64,000 nt of DNA from Nitrospinota bacterium (GCA_038108555.1 JAYNIA010000006.1:1-64000), one strand, 5' to 3'. Counted from the stretch's first letter, positions 18,596 through 28,758 are shown. The notes: generated from the sequence alone by a model not told the origin. Numbers and translations are program-made.

Positions 18596-19576
18596 ATGCC
18601 CTCTTCAATATCTATAGCGGTAATAGTTGTTAACTGGAATGCTGGCGATTACCTGAAAAAATGCTTGCAAAGCCTGAAAACGCAAACGCTAAAGCCCACC
18701 CGGGTAATCGTGGTAGATAATGCAAGCACGGATGAATCAATTGTTGGACTGGAAGATGAGTTTGATGATTTTGAAATAATAAAACTGGAGGAAAATACCG
18801 GTTTTGCTTTTGCCAATAACTTTGCAGTTAAAAAAGCTGAAGATTGTGAATGGATTGCCTTTTTGAATCCAGATGCATTTGCGGCTCCTGACTGGTTGGG
18901 AAAATTAGCCGAGGCGACCGAGAAGTTTCCGGCGTGTGGTTCCTTTGGCAGTCACATGCTTCGTCATGGAAGTAATAAGATGGATGGGACCGGTGATGTC
19001 TATCATGTTTGTGGATCGGCATGGAGACGCGACCACGATATCCTGGCTTCAAGGGTAAATAGAGAAACCGGTGAAATTTTTTCTACCTGCGCCGCAGCCT
19101 CACTGATTCGAAAAGATCTTTTTGTTGAATTGGGAGGATTCGATGAAAACTTCTTTGCCTATTTTGAAGATGTGGATTTAGGATTCCGGCTCCAGTTAAA
19201 GGGGTATGGGAGTATTTATGTTTCTGATGCAGTGGTGGAACATGTAGGTTCCGCGACTACCAGCAGGTACAGTGACTTCGCTATATATCACGGTCAGAGA
19301 AATTTAGTTTGGTCGTTTGTGCGTAATATGCCCAAGATAGGGTCTTACCTTCCCCAGCATATTCTATTTAATCTTGCAGCAATCGTTTGGTTTACCCTGA
19401 AGGGCAAACCTGGCCCGGTGTTAAAAGCCAAGTGGCATGCAATAAAAGATTTGCCGCGCGTGTGTAAACTGCGAAAAAGCACACAACGAGAACGGGTTTT
19501 GCAAGGCTCGGAAATTTTAAATAAAATGAATCAGGATTTTTTAACGCCTTATTCTCCGCGAAAAAAAGAACTGTAA
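18596..19576 (+). CDS. Glycosyltransferase family 2 (rhamnosyltransferase-like)
   Basis: VVNWN, VVDNASTD, NTGFAFANN, FLNPDA, GGFDENFFAYFEDVDL. Confidence 0.88.
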   Translation: MPSSISIAVIVVNWNAGDYLKKCLQSLKTQTLKPTRVIVVDNASTDESIVGLEDEFDDFEIIKLEENTGFAFANNFAVKKAEDCEWIAFLNPDAFAAPDWLGKLAEATEKFPACGSFGSHMLRHGSNKMDGTGDVYHVCGSAWRRDHDILASRVNRETGEIFSTCAAASLIRKDLFVELGGFDENFFAYFEDVDLGFRLQLKGYGSIYVSDAVVEHVGSATTSRYSDFAIYHGQRNLVWSFVRNMPKIGSYLPQHILFNLAAIVWFTLKGKPGPVLKAKWHAIKDLPRVCKLRKSTQRERVLQGSEILNKMNQDFLTPYSPRKKEL

Positions 19577-19578
19577 TT

Positions 19579-21627
19579 TCAGGAAGAAATTTGAGATAGC
19601 AAATTATTGATTTGCATTTTTAATGCAGGGTTTTGCGTCAGGGAATAAGCCTGATTCAAATGAGACCTTGCGATTTCCATGTTCCCATTCGAGTCAATGA
19701 TCAACTTCCCCAGATTGTAATGGGAATCGGGAAGCTTCGGATTCAGCTTTAAAGAACGTTCAAATTCTGAAAATGCAGGTTCTGGTTGACCCATGCTCAA
19801 GTAAAGGATCCCAAGGTTGTTGGACGCTTTTGCTTCAATTTCCGGAGTACCTTTAATATTTTTGAAGGCTTCTATGGCAGACTGATATTTCCCCATTTGC
19901 TGGAAAATTTTTCCCAGGAGTAACAACCCATTTGCAGATCCTGGGTTTGCAGCAAGAAATTGATTCAAAAATTTTTCTGCCTCAGAAAAATGTTTTAATT
20001 CATAATTCACCTTGGCTAGGCTGAAATTCAAGCTAACGGGCATGGCATAACCCCAACGAAACTCCGTGTACCGGTCATAAGCCTTTTCCAATGTGGTTTT
20101 AGCTTTTTGAAACCATCCTCTTGAAGCGTAATAAGTCCCCAAATTGAGATAGCCCAGTGGAACGGTGGAATTCAGCTCAATGGCTTTATTAAATTCTTTT
20201 TCAGCCAGTCTGAAGTTTTTGTTTTGAGCATGAATGCTTCCCAAGTTGCTATGAGCAAAAGATTTGTAAAAATCGGATGCGTTTGACCGCGAAAGTTTCA
20301 CCAGGGTGATGAGGGCTTTATCGTGTTCTTTGCTTTCCAGGTAAAAGTGGCTCAAGTTGTGTAAAACTTTTAAATCGGAGGGGGATTTTTTCAGTGTGTC
20401 TTCCCAAAGGGAAATATTTGATAGGTAGGTCGAGTTTCTTTTAATAATCAGCGAACCCTGAAGGGTCAGGAGCAATATGAGCAGGACAAATCCTTGCTTG
20501 ATTTGGGTAGATGGTTTCCCAATTACAAAAATACTGTAAAAGGCAGATGAAACCAATAACGTTGGGCCAATGCCCGGGAGATAAAGATTCCTTTCGCTTA
20601 GCAAATCGGCCCTGGGTAAAAAACTGTTGGTAATTGAAATTGTCAAAATAAACCAGAGAAGCGAGAAGGGGACGACAGCAGGCAGTTTTTTGAAATTTTT
20701 AATGATAATCACAACTAATGATAGCCAAATCAGAACCGGAAGCCATTGAAAAAGGCCATTGATGAACCAGTTCTCGGTGAAGTCATAATCAAAAATTAGA
20801 TTGATTGGAAAAAAACAAAGTTTAAATGCGTAGCTTATGATTTGAGCCTGGGAAAGGGCGTAGCTGAAGTCCAGTTTCGCGGCCCATTTTAGTATCAATT
20901 GTTGCAGGGGAGGCTGATAGAAAAATAATGCGATCAGGGAAAAGGCAATAGGAAGGTATAGAAAGGCCAGCCGGTTTTTAAGGGGAGCCCAGCGGTCATT
21001 GTTCATAAAGCATAGATCATACAAAATTATAATTGCGGGCAGGGTTATGCTGGTTTCTTTGCAAAGGAGGGCTGTACAAAAAGCCGCAAGAACCAAAAAG
21101 TAAAAAAAGAGAGCTTTGCCTGAAAATTTTTTCAGGCTTCCTACCGCAAAAACAAGGATGGACAGTAAATAAAAAAAACCAGACATACCGCTGGCCCGAC
21201 CGGATAAATAAGTGACGGTTTCGGTGTTGAGCGGATTAATTGCAAATATTATGGCGGTCAGTCCGGCAATACCAAATGCATCTTTTCCTTTCCACGGGGT
21301 CCCATTATCCAGAGTGATAAATAAAAGAAAAAATAATGTCAGAGAGGTTAGGAAATGGAAAGTAATGTTGACTAAATGATATGCGAAAGGGTCGAGTCCG
21401 CTTTGGTTTTGGTTGATGCTAAAGCTTAGGAAAAAAAGGTGCCGGTATTGAATGGGAGAAAAACCCTCGTAAGAACCCTCTCCAGAACGATTTATCTGTT
21501 GTAAAACCGCATGGTCATCAAAGTTAAGAGGAGAGTTCAGCGTGTTCGCATAAGTGACAAGGATCAAAACCAACAGGCTGGCGCTCAGGTAAAAAAAAGA
21601 TGTTTTCGATTTTACAGGCTCAGCCAT
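19579..21627 (-). CDS. TMTC-like GT-C membrane protein with C-terminal TPRs
   Basis: FDD after TM1, YHLVNITFH, NPLNTETVTYLSGR, KE, SERNLYLP, RN..Y....LW, then multiple TPRs (AHSNLG, YLNLG, SNNLG, HYNLG). Confidence 0.75.
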   Translation of the reverse strand: MAEPVKSKTSFFYLSASLLVLILVTYANTLNSPLNFDDHAVLQQINRSGEGSYEGFSPIQYRHLFFLSFSINQNQSGLDPFAYHLVNITFHFLTSLTLFFLLFITLDNGTPWKGKDAFGIAGLTAIIFAINPLNTETVTYLSGRASGMSGFFYLLSILVFAVGSLKKFSGKALFFYFLVLAAFCTALLCKETSITLPAIIILYDLCFMNNDRWAPLKNRLAFLYLPIAFSLIALFFYQPPLQQLILKWAAKLDFSYALSQAQIISYAFKLCFFPINLIFDYDFTENWFINGLFQWLPVLIWLSLVVIIIKNFKKLPAVVPFSLLWFILTISITNSFLPRADLLSERNLYLPGIGPTLLVSSAFYSIFVIGKPSTQIKQGFVLLILLLTLQGSLIIKRNSTYLSNISLWEDTLKKSPSDLKVLHNLSHFYLESKEHDKALITLVKLSRSNASDFYKSFAHSNLGSIHAQNKNFRLAEKEFNKAIELNSTVPLGYLNLGTYYASRGWFQKAKTTLEKAYDRYTEFRWGYAMPVSLNFSLAKVNYELKHFSEAEKFLNQFLAANPGSANGLLLLGKIFQQMGKYQSAIEAFKNIKGTPEIEAKASNNLGILYLSMGQPEPAFSEFERSLKLNPKLPDSHYNLGKLIIDSNGNMEIARSHLNQAYSLTQNPALKMQINNLLSQISS

Positions 21628-22675
21628 GTGGATGATTTTTCTCTTTTCGTTTTAATATTGCTACAAAAGCCGCAACATTGATGACCATAAACACAAAATA
21701 AATTGGAATTAAGTTTGGTATCAGGTTGATGTTGTAAACCGTGGTCAATGCTGTCAGGTCAAAATAAAATCCTATTACAAATAGGATAGTTATTGCCTTA
21801 ACGGGTGAAAGGCCAAGTTTCCCAAGGCGGTGGTGAAAATGCTCTGCATCTTTTAGGAAGGGACTGGTACCTTTAAAGATTCTCCGAAAAAATGCAAAAG
21901 TGGTGTCCAGGATAGGAATCAACAGGGTAATCATCGGGATGAGGTAGTAAATTTCATCGGTGTAGCCCTGGTTCAGAGGGAGCAGGGTAATTACGGAAAT
22001 TAAAAGTCCCAAAGGCAGACTTCCTGTGTCTCCCAGGATTATTTTGGCCGGTGGGAAATTAAAGATGAAAAATCCTAATACACTTCCTGCCAGGATTACT
22101 GCCAGAAACGAAGCACCTATGATTTGCCGTTCCAGATAAACGAAGACCAGGGTGAGGCAGGAAAAAAATATAATCCCCGGTGCCAACCCATCCATTCCAT
22201 CAATCAGGTTTATAGCGTTTGTAATACCCACGATCCATAAAATGGTCAGTAAAATGGAAAAATTCCCGAGTTCAACCAAGTCTCCGATTCGCTCAATCTG
22301 GAATCCGCATTTATATAGAATACAGGCAATGATAATTTGCACGGCTAGTTTCAGTCTTGCGGTACATTGGGTGATGTCGTCGTAAATACCAAGAATCATC
22401 ATGGTGCCCGTGCTTACGGTGACAACGGTCAGTAAATATAGGTGTTCAATCATTCCCATAATTTGGAAGAACCAGAGGGTTGTCAGGAAAGACAGGACCA
22501 CCGGCACTCCGCCAAAAGATTTTTTTGGGTTTTCTGTGTGGGCGTCGGCGGGATTTAGGGTGAAATCAAAAGGGGCCTTTATAATTAACCACGTGACAGC
22601 TATGGATAATATCAGGGCGATAAAATACCCAATGAGGTAAACCTCGCCAGAAATGGGGAAAGATTCAAATTTCAT
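21620..22675 (-). CDS. Undecaprenyl-phosphate alpha-N-acetylglucosaminyl 1-phosphate transferase (WecA/MraY family)
   Basis: GIYDD, NAINLIDGMDGL, FNFPPAKIILGDTGS, DAEHFHHRL. Confidence 0.88.
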   Translation of the reverse strand: MKFESFPISGEVYLIGYFIALILSIAVTWLIIKAPFDFTLNPADAHTENPKKSFGGVPVVLSFLTTLWFFQIMGMIEHLYLLTVVTVSTGTMMILGIYDDITQCTARLKLAVQIIIACILYKCGFQIERIGDLVELGNFSILLTILWIVGITNAINLIDGMDGLAPGIIFFSCLTLVFVYLERQIIGASFLAVILAGSVLGFFIFNFPPAKIILGDTGSLPLGLLISVITLLPLNQGYTDEIYYLIPMITLLIPILDTTFAFFRRIFKGTSPFLKDAEHFHHRLGKLGLSPVKAITILFVIGFYFDLTALTTVYNINLIPNLIPIYFVFMVINVAAFVAILKRKEKNHPHG

Positions 22676-23523
22676 TTAAAATGGTTGATGGAGAGTTGCG
22701 TGATTCCTCTTAAAAGGATGAAAAAATTGATGGCTCCTCGAACCAAAAAGTTTTGCCTGTGGTGTTTTTTGAAATAGTGCATCATTCCCAAATGGCGCTG
22801 GACGATCACCCGGATAGAGGTTTTGCTGTTGCTGGTAGATATTTTATGAACAACCGTTGCATCGGGAAAATAGAGCACTTCCCTTCCCGCTTGATTTATC
22901 ATGCGGCATAAATCTACATCTTCATTGAATAGAAAATAGTTTTCATCAAATCCGCCCACTGCTTCAAAGGCTTTTTTCGAAACCATTAGGCAGCAACCTG
23001 AGAGCCAGTCGACTTGTCGAATTTTATTATGATCGAAATCAAACATCAAATATTGGCTCGTGAACCTGTTATTCGGAAACAAGCGGGAAAGGATGGAATA
23101 TCGATTGAAAAGGCCGGTCCAAATAGTGGGGTATCGTCTACAGGAATATTGCAAACTTCCATCTGGGTTGACCACCTTAGGGCCCAGGGCTCCAATTTCA
23201 GGGTGAGATTGGACGTGGCGGCACATTGAGGCCAGCGCATCTTCGCTTAATACAGTATCTGGATTTAAAAAAACTAAAATATCTCCTTGGGCAATTTTGG
23301 CTACCTGATTATTGGCTTTGGAAAAACCTACATTTGAGGAGTTGGAGATAAACTGAGTTTCCGGAAAGGAGGTCTTTAGGCCCTCAAGTCCAGGATCATT
23401 CTCACTATTATCAACAACAATTACCTCAAAAGTTATTCCGCGAACCGTTTTGTAAATGGATTCCAGGCAATCATTTAAGGGTTCGCTATTATTATAATTT
23501 ACAATTATGCAGGAAAGGTCCAC
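22672..23523 (-). CDS. Glycosyltransferase family 2 (WbbL-like); GTG start
   Basis: IIVNYN, VVDN, NVGFSKANN, FLNPDT, DWLSGCCL, GGFDENYFLFNEDVDLC. Confidence 0.88.
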   Translation of the reverse strand: MDLSCIIVNYNNSEPLNDCLESIYKTVRGITFEVIVVDNSENDPGLEGLKTSFPETQFISNSSNVGFSKANNQVAKIAQGDILVFLNPDTVLSEDALASMCRHVQSHPEIGALGPKVVNPDGSLQYSCRRYPTIWTGLFNRYSILSRLFPNNRFTSQYLMFDFDHNKIRQVDWLSGCCLMVSKKAFEAVGGFDENYFLFNEDVDLCRMINQAGREVLYFPDATVVHKISTSNSKTSIRVIVQRHLGMMHYFKKHHRQNFLVRGAINFFILLRGITQLSINHFK

Positions 23524-23746
23524 TTTGCATGCCGGTTGTTGCTAAAAGGTAGGGCTTGAAAAAACGAGCTTTCTGACCTCTGATTATTGCCCAATTTTCC
23601 ATTAATTTCAATGGGATTGCCCGTTGATCCCCTGCTTCTAACCCTCAAGTACTTTTCCTAAAATGCCGATTGGGATAAGATGATGGGGGAAATTGCAATA
23701 GATCCGGAGAGAAAACAGAAAGCTAATGACTGGAGAGGAAAATTAA

Positions 23747-24886
23747 ATGGGAAAAAGAGTATTGGTAACAGGAGGGGCAGGTTTTATAGGGTCCCATACT
23801 GTCGATGAATTGATTGCTCAAAATTACGAGGTTCGGGTTTACGACAATCTCAATCCACAAGTGCATGGAGAAAACCCGGAAAAACCCGATTACCTGCATC
23901 CGGGTGCAGAATTTATCAGGGGAGATGTTCGAGACCGTGATCATTTATTTCGAGCCATTAAAGATGCTGATCTCATTATCCATGATGCGGCAGAGGTGGG
24001 TGTGGGGCAATCCATGTACTCTATCGACCAATACATTTCCACCAACGTTCAGGGAACAGGAGTACTTTGGGATATCCTGGTGAATGAAAAACATAATGTG
24101 GAAAAGGTTCTGGTGGCCAGCTCTATGAGTCTTTATGGAGAAGGTTCCTACGAATGCGAAGAGCATGGCAAGATTTCTCCCAAACCCCGACCCGATAGTC
24201 AATTAGCTGAAGGACAATGGGAGATGCTTTGTCCAATATGCTCCATGCCGGTAACTCCCTTACCCACGGATGAAAATAAGGAGCTCGACTGCACATCGGT
24301 TTATGCGCAAAGTAAAAAAGATCAGGAGGTGTATTCCCTAATGATTGGTAAGGCACATAATATTCCCACAGTGGCTTGTCGCTATTTCAATTGTTATGGT
24401 CCCCGTCAATCCTTAAACAATCCTTATACCGGTGCAGCAGCCATTTTTTGTTCTGCAATAAAAAATGACACGCCACCTCTGATCTATGAAGATGGAAACC
24501 AGCGCAGGGATTTTATACATGTAAAAGACCTGGTGCGTGGCAAACTTCTTTTATTGGAACAGGCAGATTATGGTATCTTCAATATTGGAACAGGAAAACC
24601 TTTTTCCATCCTTGACCTTGCAGAAACACTTATTGAGCTTTGTGGAAAGTCATTTAGGCCGGATGTGATTTACAAGTTTCGCAATGGTGATATACGAGAC
24701 TGTTATGCCGATATATCAAAAATAAGTGAATTGGGTTTTAAACCTCAATATTCACTAAGAGAAGGATTGCAAAACCTCATCGACTGGAGTGATGGGCAAA
24801 AAGCGGTTTCTAAAGTAAAAGACGCCCACCAAAAATTGGTTGATAAAGGACTGGTTCTCGAAACCCAACCGGTTCCCAGCAAATAA
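23747..24886 (+). CDS. NAD-dependent epimerase/dehydratase with a Cys-containing insertion
   Basis: TGGAGFIGSH, AAEVGVGQSMY, YAQSK, RYFNCYGPRQSLNNPYTG, RDFIHV; RBS GAGGA. Confidence 0.85.
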   Translation: MGKRVLVTGGAGFIGSHTVDELIAQNYEVRVYDNLNPQVHGENPEKPDYLHPGAEFIRGDVRDRDHLFRAIKDADLIIHDAAEVGVGQSMYSIDQYISTNVQGTGVLWDILVNEKHNVEKVLVASSMSLYGEGSYECEEHGKISPKPRPDSQLAEGQWEMLCPICSMPVTPLPTDENKELDCTSVYAQSKKDQEVYSLMIGKAHNIPTVACRYFNCYGPRQSLNNPYTGAAAIFCSAIKNDTPPLIYEDGNQRRDFIHVKDLVRGKLLLLEQADYGIFNIGTGKPFSILDLAETLIELCGKSFRPDVIYKFRNGDIRDCYADISKISELGFKPQYSLREGLQNLIDWSDGQKAVSKVKDAHQKLVDKGLVLETQPVPSK

Positions 24887-24960
24887 ACTGCTTTTTTACC
24901 ACAAACCCTGGAATCAATTCCTTTATTTCAGGTATATCCACAAAAAATCAGGGATAGGAA

Positions 24961-27180
24961 ATGTCAAAACGTAGTGCTCTATATTTTGGGGGAATATTCA
25001 TTTTCACCTTTTTATTACTCACTCCCCTGGGTGTTTTTAACTCTTGGGTTCCCCCTAATATTCATAAAGGCTATTACTCCGTCACAACCATCGATGCCGG
25101 GGATGACAGTGGTTACTACGCTTTCCTGCGCTCCACCCTGATTGATGGTGATCTCGATTTTTTTAATGAAAGAAATTACGCCCACGCTGAAAAAATCAAT
25201 CCTACAGGTTATGTATTTAATAATTGGCAGATGGGGCAGGCGATTCTGTTTTTGCCATTTTTCCTCATAGGGCATGCGCTGGCCCATTTTTACCAAAGCC
25301 TCGGTTACCCGGTGTCCACCGATGGTTATTCCGCTCCTTATTACATCTCTACTGCGGTAGCATCGGGCACCTATTTGTTTGCAGGTTTATTTTTTGTATA
25401 TCGAACTTTGCGTATGTATGCGCGAAAACGGGTCAGCATGTTGGTGGCAATTTCCGTTTGGCTGGCTTCTCCTTTGATATATTTTTCGTTCATTCGGCAA
25501 CGAATGGCTCACACCTCCGAATTTTTCCTCGCTTCCATTTTAATTTTTATATGGATCCAATACCGGAAATCCAGAGAGCCAATGCATTATGCCGTGATTG
25601 GGGTCATACTGGGTTTGCTATCTATGACGCGGGTTATCAATATTGCTTTTTTTGCATTGTTTGCCGTAGACCTTCTATGGGAATTTCGTAAAGATTGGAA
25701 AACCAGCCCGGGTCAAGCCTTTAAGCAAACGTCCCTACTGGCGGGAACCCTGGGAGGATTCTTTTTCCTAACGATGTTGCCACAAATTTATTGCTGGTAC
25801 CAATTGAATGGAGTTCCATTTCCTCCACGGCATATGAAATTTGCCGGGGAAGGTTTGACAGGGATCAGTTTGGGCCCGCTATTTGAAAATCTGTATACCC
25901 TGTTTTTTGATGCTAAATGGGGATTGTTGTTTTCCATGCCACTCGCGGTTTTGGCTTTGATAGGTTTTTTCCTAAAAGACAGTTTTTCTAAAAACCTGCG
26001 CCCGGGTTTACTGGCGTATCTAGTCGGAATTTTTGGAATCATCCTGCTATATCCTGAAGACTCAGCCTCCTACGGCCACCGTCATTTGATCTCCGCTCTT
26101 CCCGTATTTGCGATTGGACTGGGGATTTTGTTTCAACGTTTCTCAGGGGACAAGCCAAAGATAATAAAAACGGGTCCCTTCCTTTTTTGCCTGATAGCAA
26201 TTCTGCTCCAGTTTTCCATGCTAGTTCAATATAAAGTGGTGTTGCCTTATAACCATCCAGAGTTTTCTTTAAAAGCCATTGGATCTACTTTCGATTTGGT
26301 TTCTGGGCACCCTCAACTATTGCTGCGTTCGAGCAATTTTTTCAATGTGATTTTTTTGGACCTTCCAGATTCCTGGGGTTATAGGGATGGAATGTTTCTT
26401 TTACTGTTTCCTTTATACCAATTGGTATCAGTTGCACTCGTCATTTTTTTATTCCATAAGGGATTTAAGGAAAAAGGGTTTTTGCCATCGATTCTGAGTC
26501 CCCGTACCTTTGTTATAAACAGCTCGATTTTAAGTGTGTTTTTGATGGTTGTGATTGGTTTTGCAGCCCCGACCAAACCGGAAACGGAAATACAGTCCCG
26601 CTTAAAATACCTGGAGGCCTCGAAGAATGGAGAAATGCTTTTTAAGGGAGGGCAATTGGATGCCTCGCGCATTGCATTTTCTGAAGCCTCCCAGTACCTG
26701 CCTGTTGCCTGGAAACCCTATTTCCGAATTGGACAAACCTGGCAATCGCAGGGAAACCTCAATGAAGCGAATAAGAATTTGAGAATGGCGTTAAGATTCA
26801 ATCCGGGATTCAGTCCGGGGTTGACCATGCTGGGAAACAATTTAAAAAGACTTGGAAAAGGGCCTGAGGCTGAAAAAGTTCTTCGTGAGGCCATTCGAAG
26901 CTGGCCCCATAATAAATATGCCTATGATTCGCTGGCTCATGTGTTGGCCACCCTCAACAAAAGGCCCGAGGCCATACAAATGCTAAAACATGCTATAAGT
27001 ATAGATCCGAATTATGGGGTTGGGCATGCAAATTTAGCCATGATATATTCCAGCCTCAAGGAAAACCAAAAGAGCCAGGAACATCTGAACCGTGCCATTC
27101 AGCTCGGGGTCCAGGGTCCGGTCATTGATCGAATTAAGTCCATTATTAATGGGAAGGCTCAAACTAATTTGAAAAAATAG
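24961..27180 (+). CDS. GT-C-like multi-pass membrane protein with C-terminal TPRs
   Basis: GDDSGYYAFLRS after TM1, many TM segments, SYGHRHL loop, then several TPRs (YFRIG, MLGN, YDSLA, HANLA). Confidence 0.7.
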   Translation: MSKRSALYFGGIFIFTFLLLTPLGVFNSWVPPNIHKGYYSVTTIDAGDDSGYYAFLRSTLIDGDLDFFNERNYAHAEKINPTGYVFNNWQMGQAILFLPFFLIGHALAHFYQSLGYPVSTDGYSAPYYISTAVASGTYLFAGLFFVYRTLRMYARKRVSMLVAISVWLASPLIYFSFIRQRMAHTSEFFLASILIFIWIQYRKSREPMHYAVIGVILGLLSMTRVINIAFFALFAVDLLWEFRKDWKTSPGQAFKQTSLLAGTLGGFFFLTMLPQIYCWYQLNGVPFPPRHMKFAGEGLTGISLGPLFENLYTLFFDAKWGLLFSMPLAVLALIGFFLKDSFSKNLRPGLLAYLVGIFGIILLYPEDSASYGHRHLISALPVFAIGLGILFQRFSGDKPKIIKTGPFLFCLIAILLQFSMLVQYKVVLPYNHPEFSLKAIGSTFDLVSGHPQLLLRSSNFFNVIFLDLPDSWGYRDGMFLLLFPLYQLVSVALVIFLFHKGFKEKGFLPSILSPRTFVINSSILSVFLMVVIGFAAPTKPETEIQSRLKYLEASKNGEMLFKGGQLDASRIAFSEASQYLPVAWKPYFRIGQTWQSQGNLNEANKNLRMALRFNPGFSPGLTMLGNNLKRLGKGPEAEKVLREAIRSWPHNKYAYDSLAHVLATLNKRPEAIQMLKHAISIDPNYGVGHANLAMIYSSLKENQKSQEHLNRAIQLGVQGPVIDRIKSIINGKAQTNLKK

Positions 27181-27186
27181 AATGAC

Positions 27187-27354
27187 ATGATTGATGAAAT
27201 CGATTATTTCCCCAAGCGGGAAAGGCATAATAAAAAGAAAAAGGTTGATTCCGAATGGGATAACCTGAAGAAGCAAAAAAGCCGGCAGAACGAAAATCCC
27301 CCCAAGCCCCCCGATTCTCCCGAAAAAAAACCGCAAGAAAAAAAGAGAAATTAG
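27187..27354 (+). CDS. Small highly charged hypothetical protein (55 aa), below the ORF-track cutoff
   Basis: Manual translation MIDEIDYFPKRERHNKKKKVDSEWDNLKKQKSRQNENPPKPPDSPEKKPQEKKRN; 6-nt gap after the upstream stop, same strand. Confidence 0.5.
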   Translation: MIDEIDYFPKRERHNKKKKVDSEWDNLKKQKSRQNENPPKPPDSPEKKPQEKKRN

Positions 27355-27446
27355 CCAAAACCCCTCCAGATTGTATATACTGCACAGATTCATCTACGTA
27401 TAATGTTTATCAATTTACCGCTCAAAGTTCTCAGGAGTTTTTTGTC

Positions 27447-28733
27447 ATGCGTTTTAGTTTAGATTCTAAATATCAATGTCTTCGATGGGCTGTTTTTCTC
27501 CTGCTCCTTTTTCCTGCGTCCGTGTTTGCAAGTGTCCAGGAAGAAACGTCAAAAGGCGATGCCGCTTTTAAACGGGGTAAGATGAAAGAAGCAGAAAAAT
27601 ACTATTCTTCAGCCCTTAAAATGGATCCCGATAGTTGGCGTATTATGCGGGGTTTGGCGGAAACAAAATTCCAACTGAAAAAGTACAGAGAAACCAAGCA
27701 GATTGTGGACCGCATCCGGGCCATGAAGATCATCAAAAGAAATACGGTTGTAGTAACTTTACAAGATGGTCAGACATTTGAAGCAGAAATCGTAGATGAA
27801 AATGTTGTTCCGCCTGACGATGGCAGAAACAATATGAGAAATTATGTGGATGGCGAAGAAGCAAAGCCAGTCCTGCATTACCGCCTCTTCAATTTGAAAA
27901 CGGGTAAAATGCACCTCATCCCGCATTCAGATGCTCAATTAAAATATAAAGGTGTTCCACGCCGTGTTTACGACTATATGACCGAATTGCATTACAAGGT
28001 GGAAGATATTTTGATTGGTATGGAAAGCGAAAAAGGTCCGGTTGAAATGGTGGAAATTAAAGGTGGCTGTTTTCAGATGGGAAGTAACAAGGGAGCGGCT
28101 TCAGAAAGGCCGGTTCATGAAGTTTGTCTGAAATCTTTCCAAATGGATAAATATGAAGTCACCCAGGGAAGATTTCTGGCGGTCATGGGTCATAACCCCG
28201 GACGTTTTAAAGGTGCCAATAATCCCGTTGAAAGAGTTACCTGGCACGAAGCGAAAGAGTTCTGTGAAAAGACCCATAAACGACTTCCTACTGAAGCAGA
28301 GTGGGAATATGCGGCGCGTGCCGGAACGACTACGGAATATTATTGGGGAGATGAGTTTCAGGGAGGCAAATCCAACGTGTGTGATAGTACCTGTGACATG
28401 AATATAAGTGTGAAAAATGTTACGGATGGGTATGAATTCACGGCTCCTGTCGGTTCGTTCCCACCCAATCCCTGGGGTTTGCATGATATGGCAGGGAACG
28501 TATATGAGTGGACTGCAGATTGGATGGATGACAAGTATTACATGAAAAGCCCCAGAGACAATCCAAAAGGGCCGGAGCGGACAAATCCTTCAGATCGAAA
28601 GGGAGGGGGAGTTCGAAAAGTGCTCCGAGGAGGTTCTTTTGCAAGTGACACTGACAGTCAACGGTCCGCAGCCAGGAAAGGGTTTGTAGTTGATTACCGG
28701 ATTGACCTTTTCGGTTTCCGTTGTGTCTTTTAA
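27447..28733 (+). CDS. Secreted TPR + FGE-sulfatase (SUMF1/EgtB/PvdO-like) domain protein
   Basis: Signal peptide (ASVFA), TPR-like helices, then GGCFQMGS...ERPVH, EVT, RLPTEAEWEYAARAG, NPWGLHDMAGNVYEW, RGGSF, GFRC. Confidence 0.85.
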   Translation: MRFSLDSKYQCLRWAVFLLLLFPASVFASVQEETSKGDAAFKRGKMKEAEKYYSSALKMDPDSWRIMRGLAETKFQLKKYRETKQIVDRIRAMKIIKRNTVVVTLQDGQTFEAEIVDENVVPPDDGRNNMRNYVDGEEAKPVLHYRLFNLKTGKMHLIPHSDAQLKYKGVPRRVYDYMTELHYKVEDILIGMESEKGPVEMVEIKGGCFQMGSNKGAASERPVHEVCLKSFQMDKYEVTQGRFLAVMGHNPGRFKGANNPVERVTWHEAKEFCEKTHKRLPTEAEWEYAARAGTTTEYYWGDEFQGGKSNVCDSTCDMNISVKNVTDGYEFTAPVGSFPPNPWGLHDMAGNVYEWTADWMDDKYYMKSPRDNPKGPERTNPSDRKGGGVRKVLRGGSFASDTDSQRSAARKGFVVDYRIDLFGFRCVF

Positions 28734-28758
28734 ATAGAAGTAGGGAAAAACCTGTTCC

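Noticed and set aside
28020..28733. Diversity-generating retroelement target (FGE-type C-lectin domain)
   Set aside because: I saw no reverse transcriptase and no template-repeat copy of the 3' end within the window.
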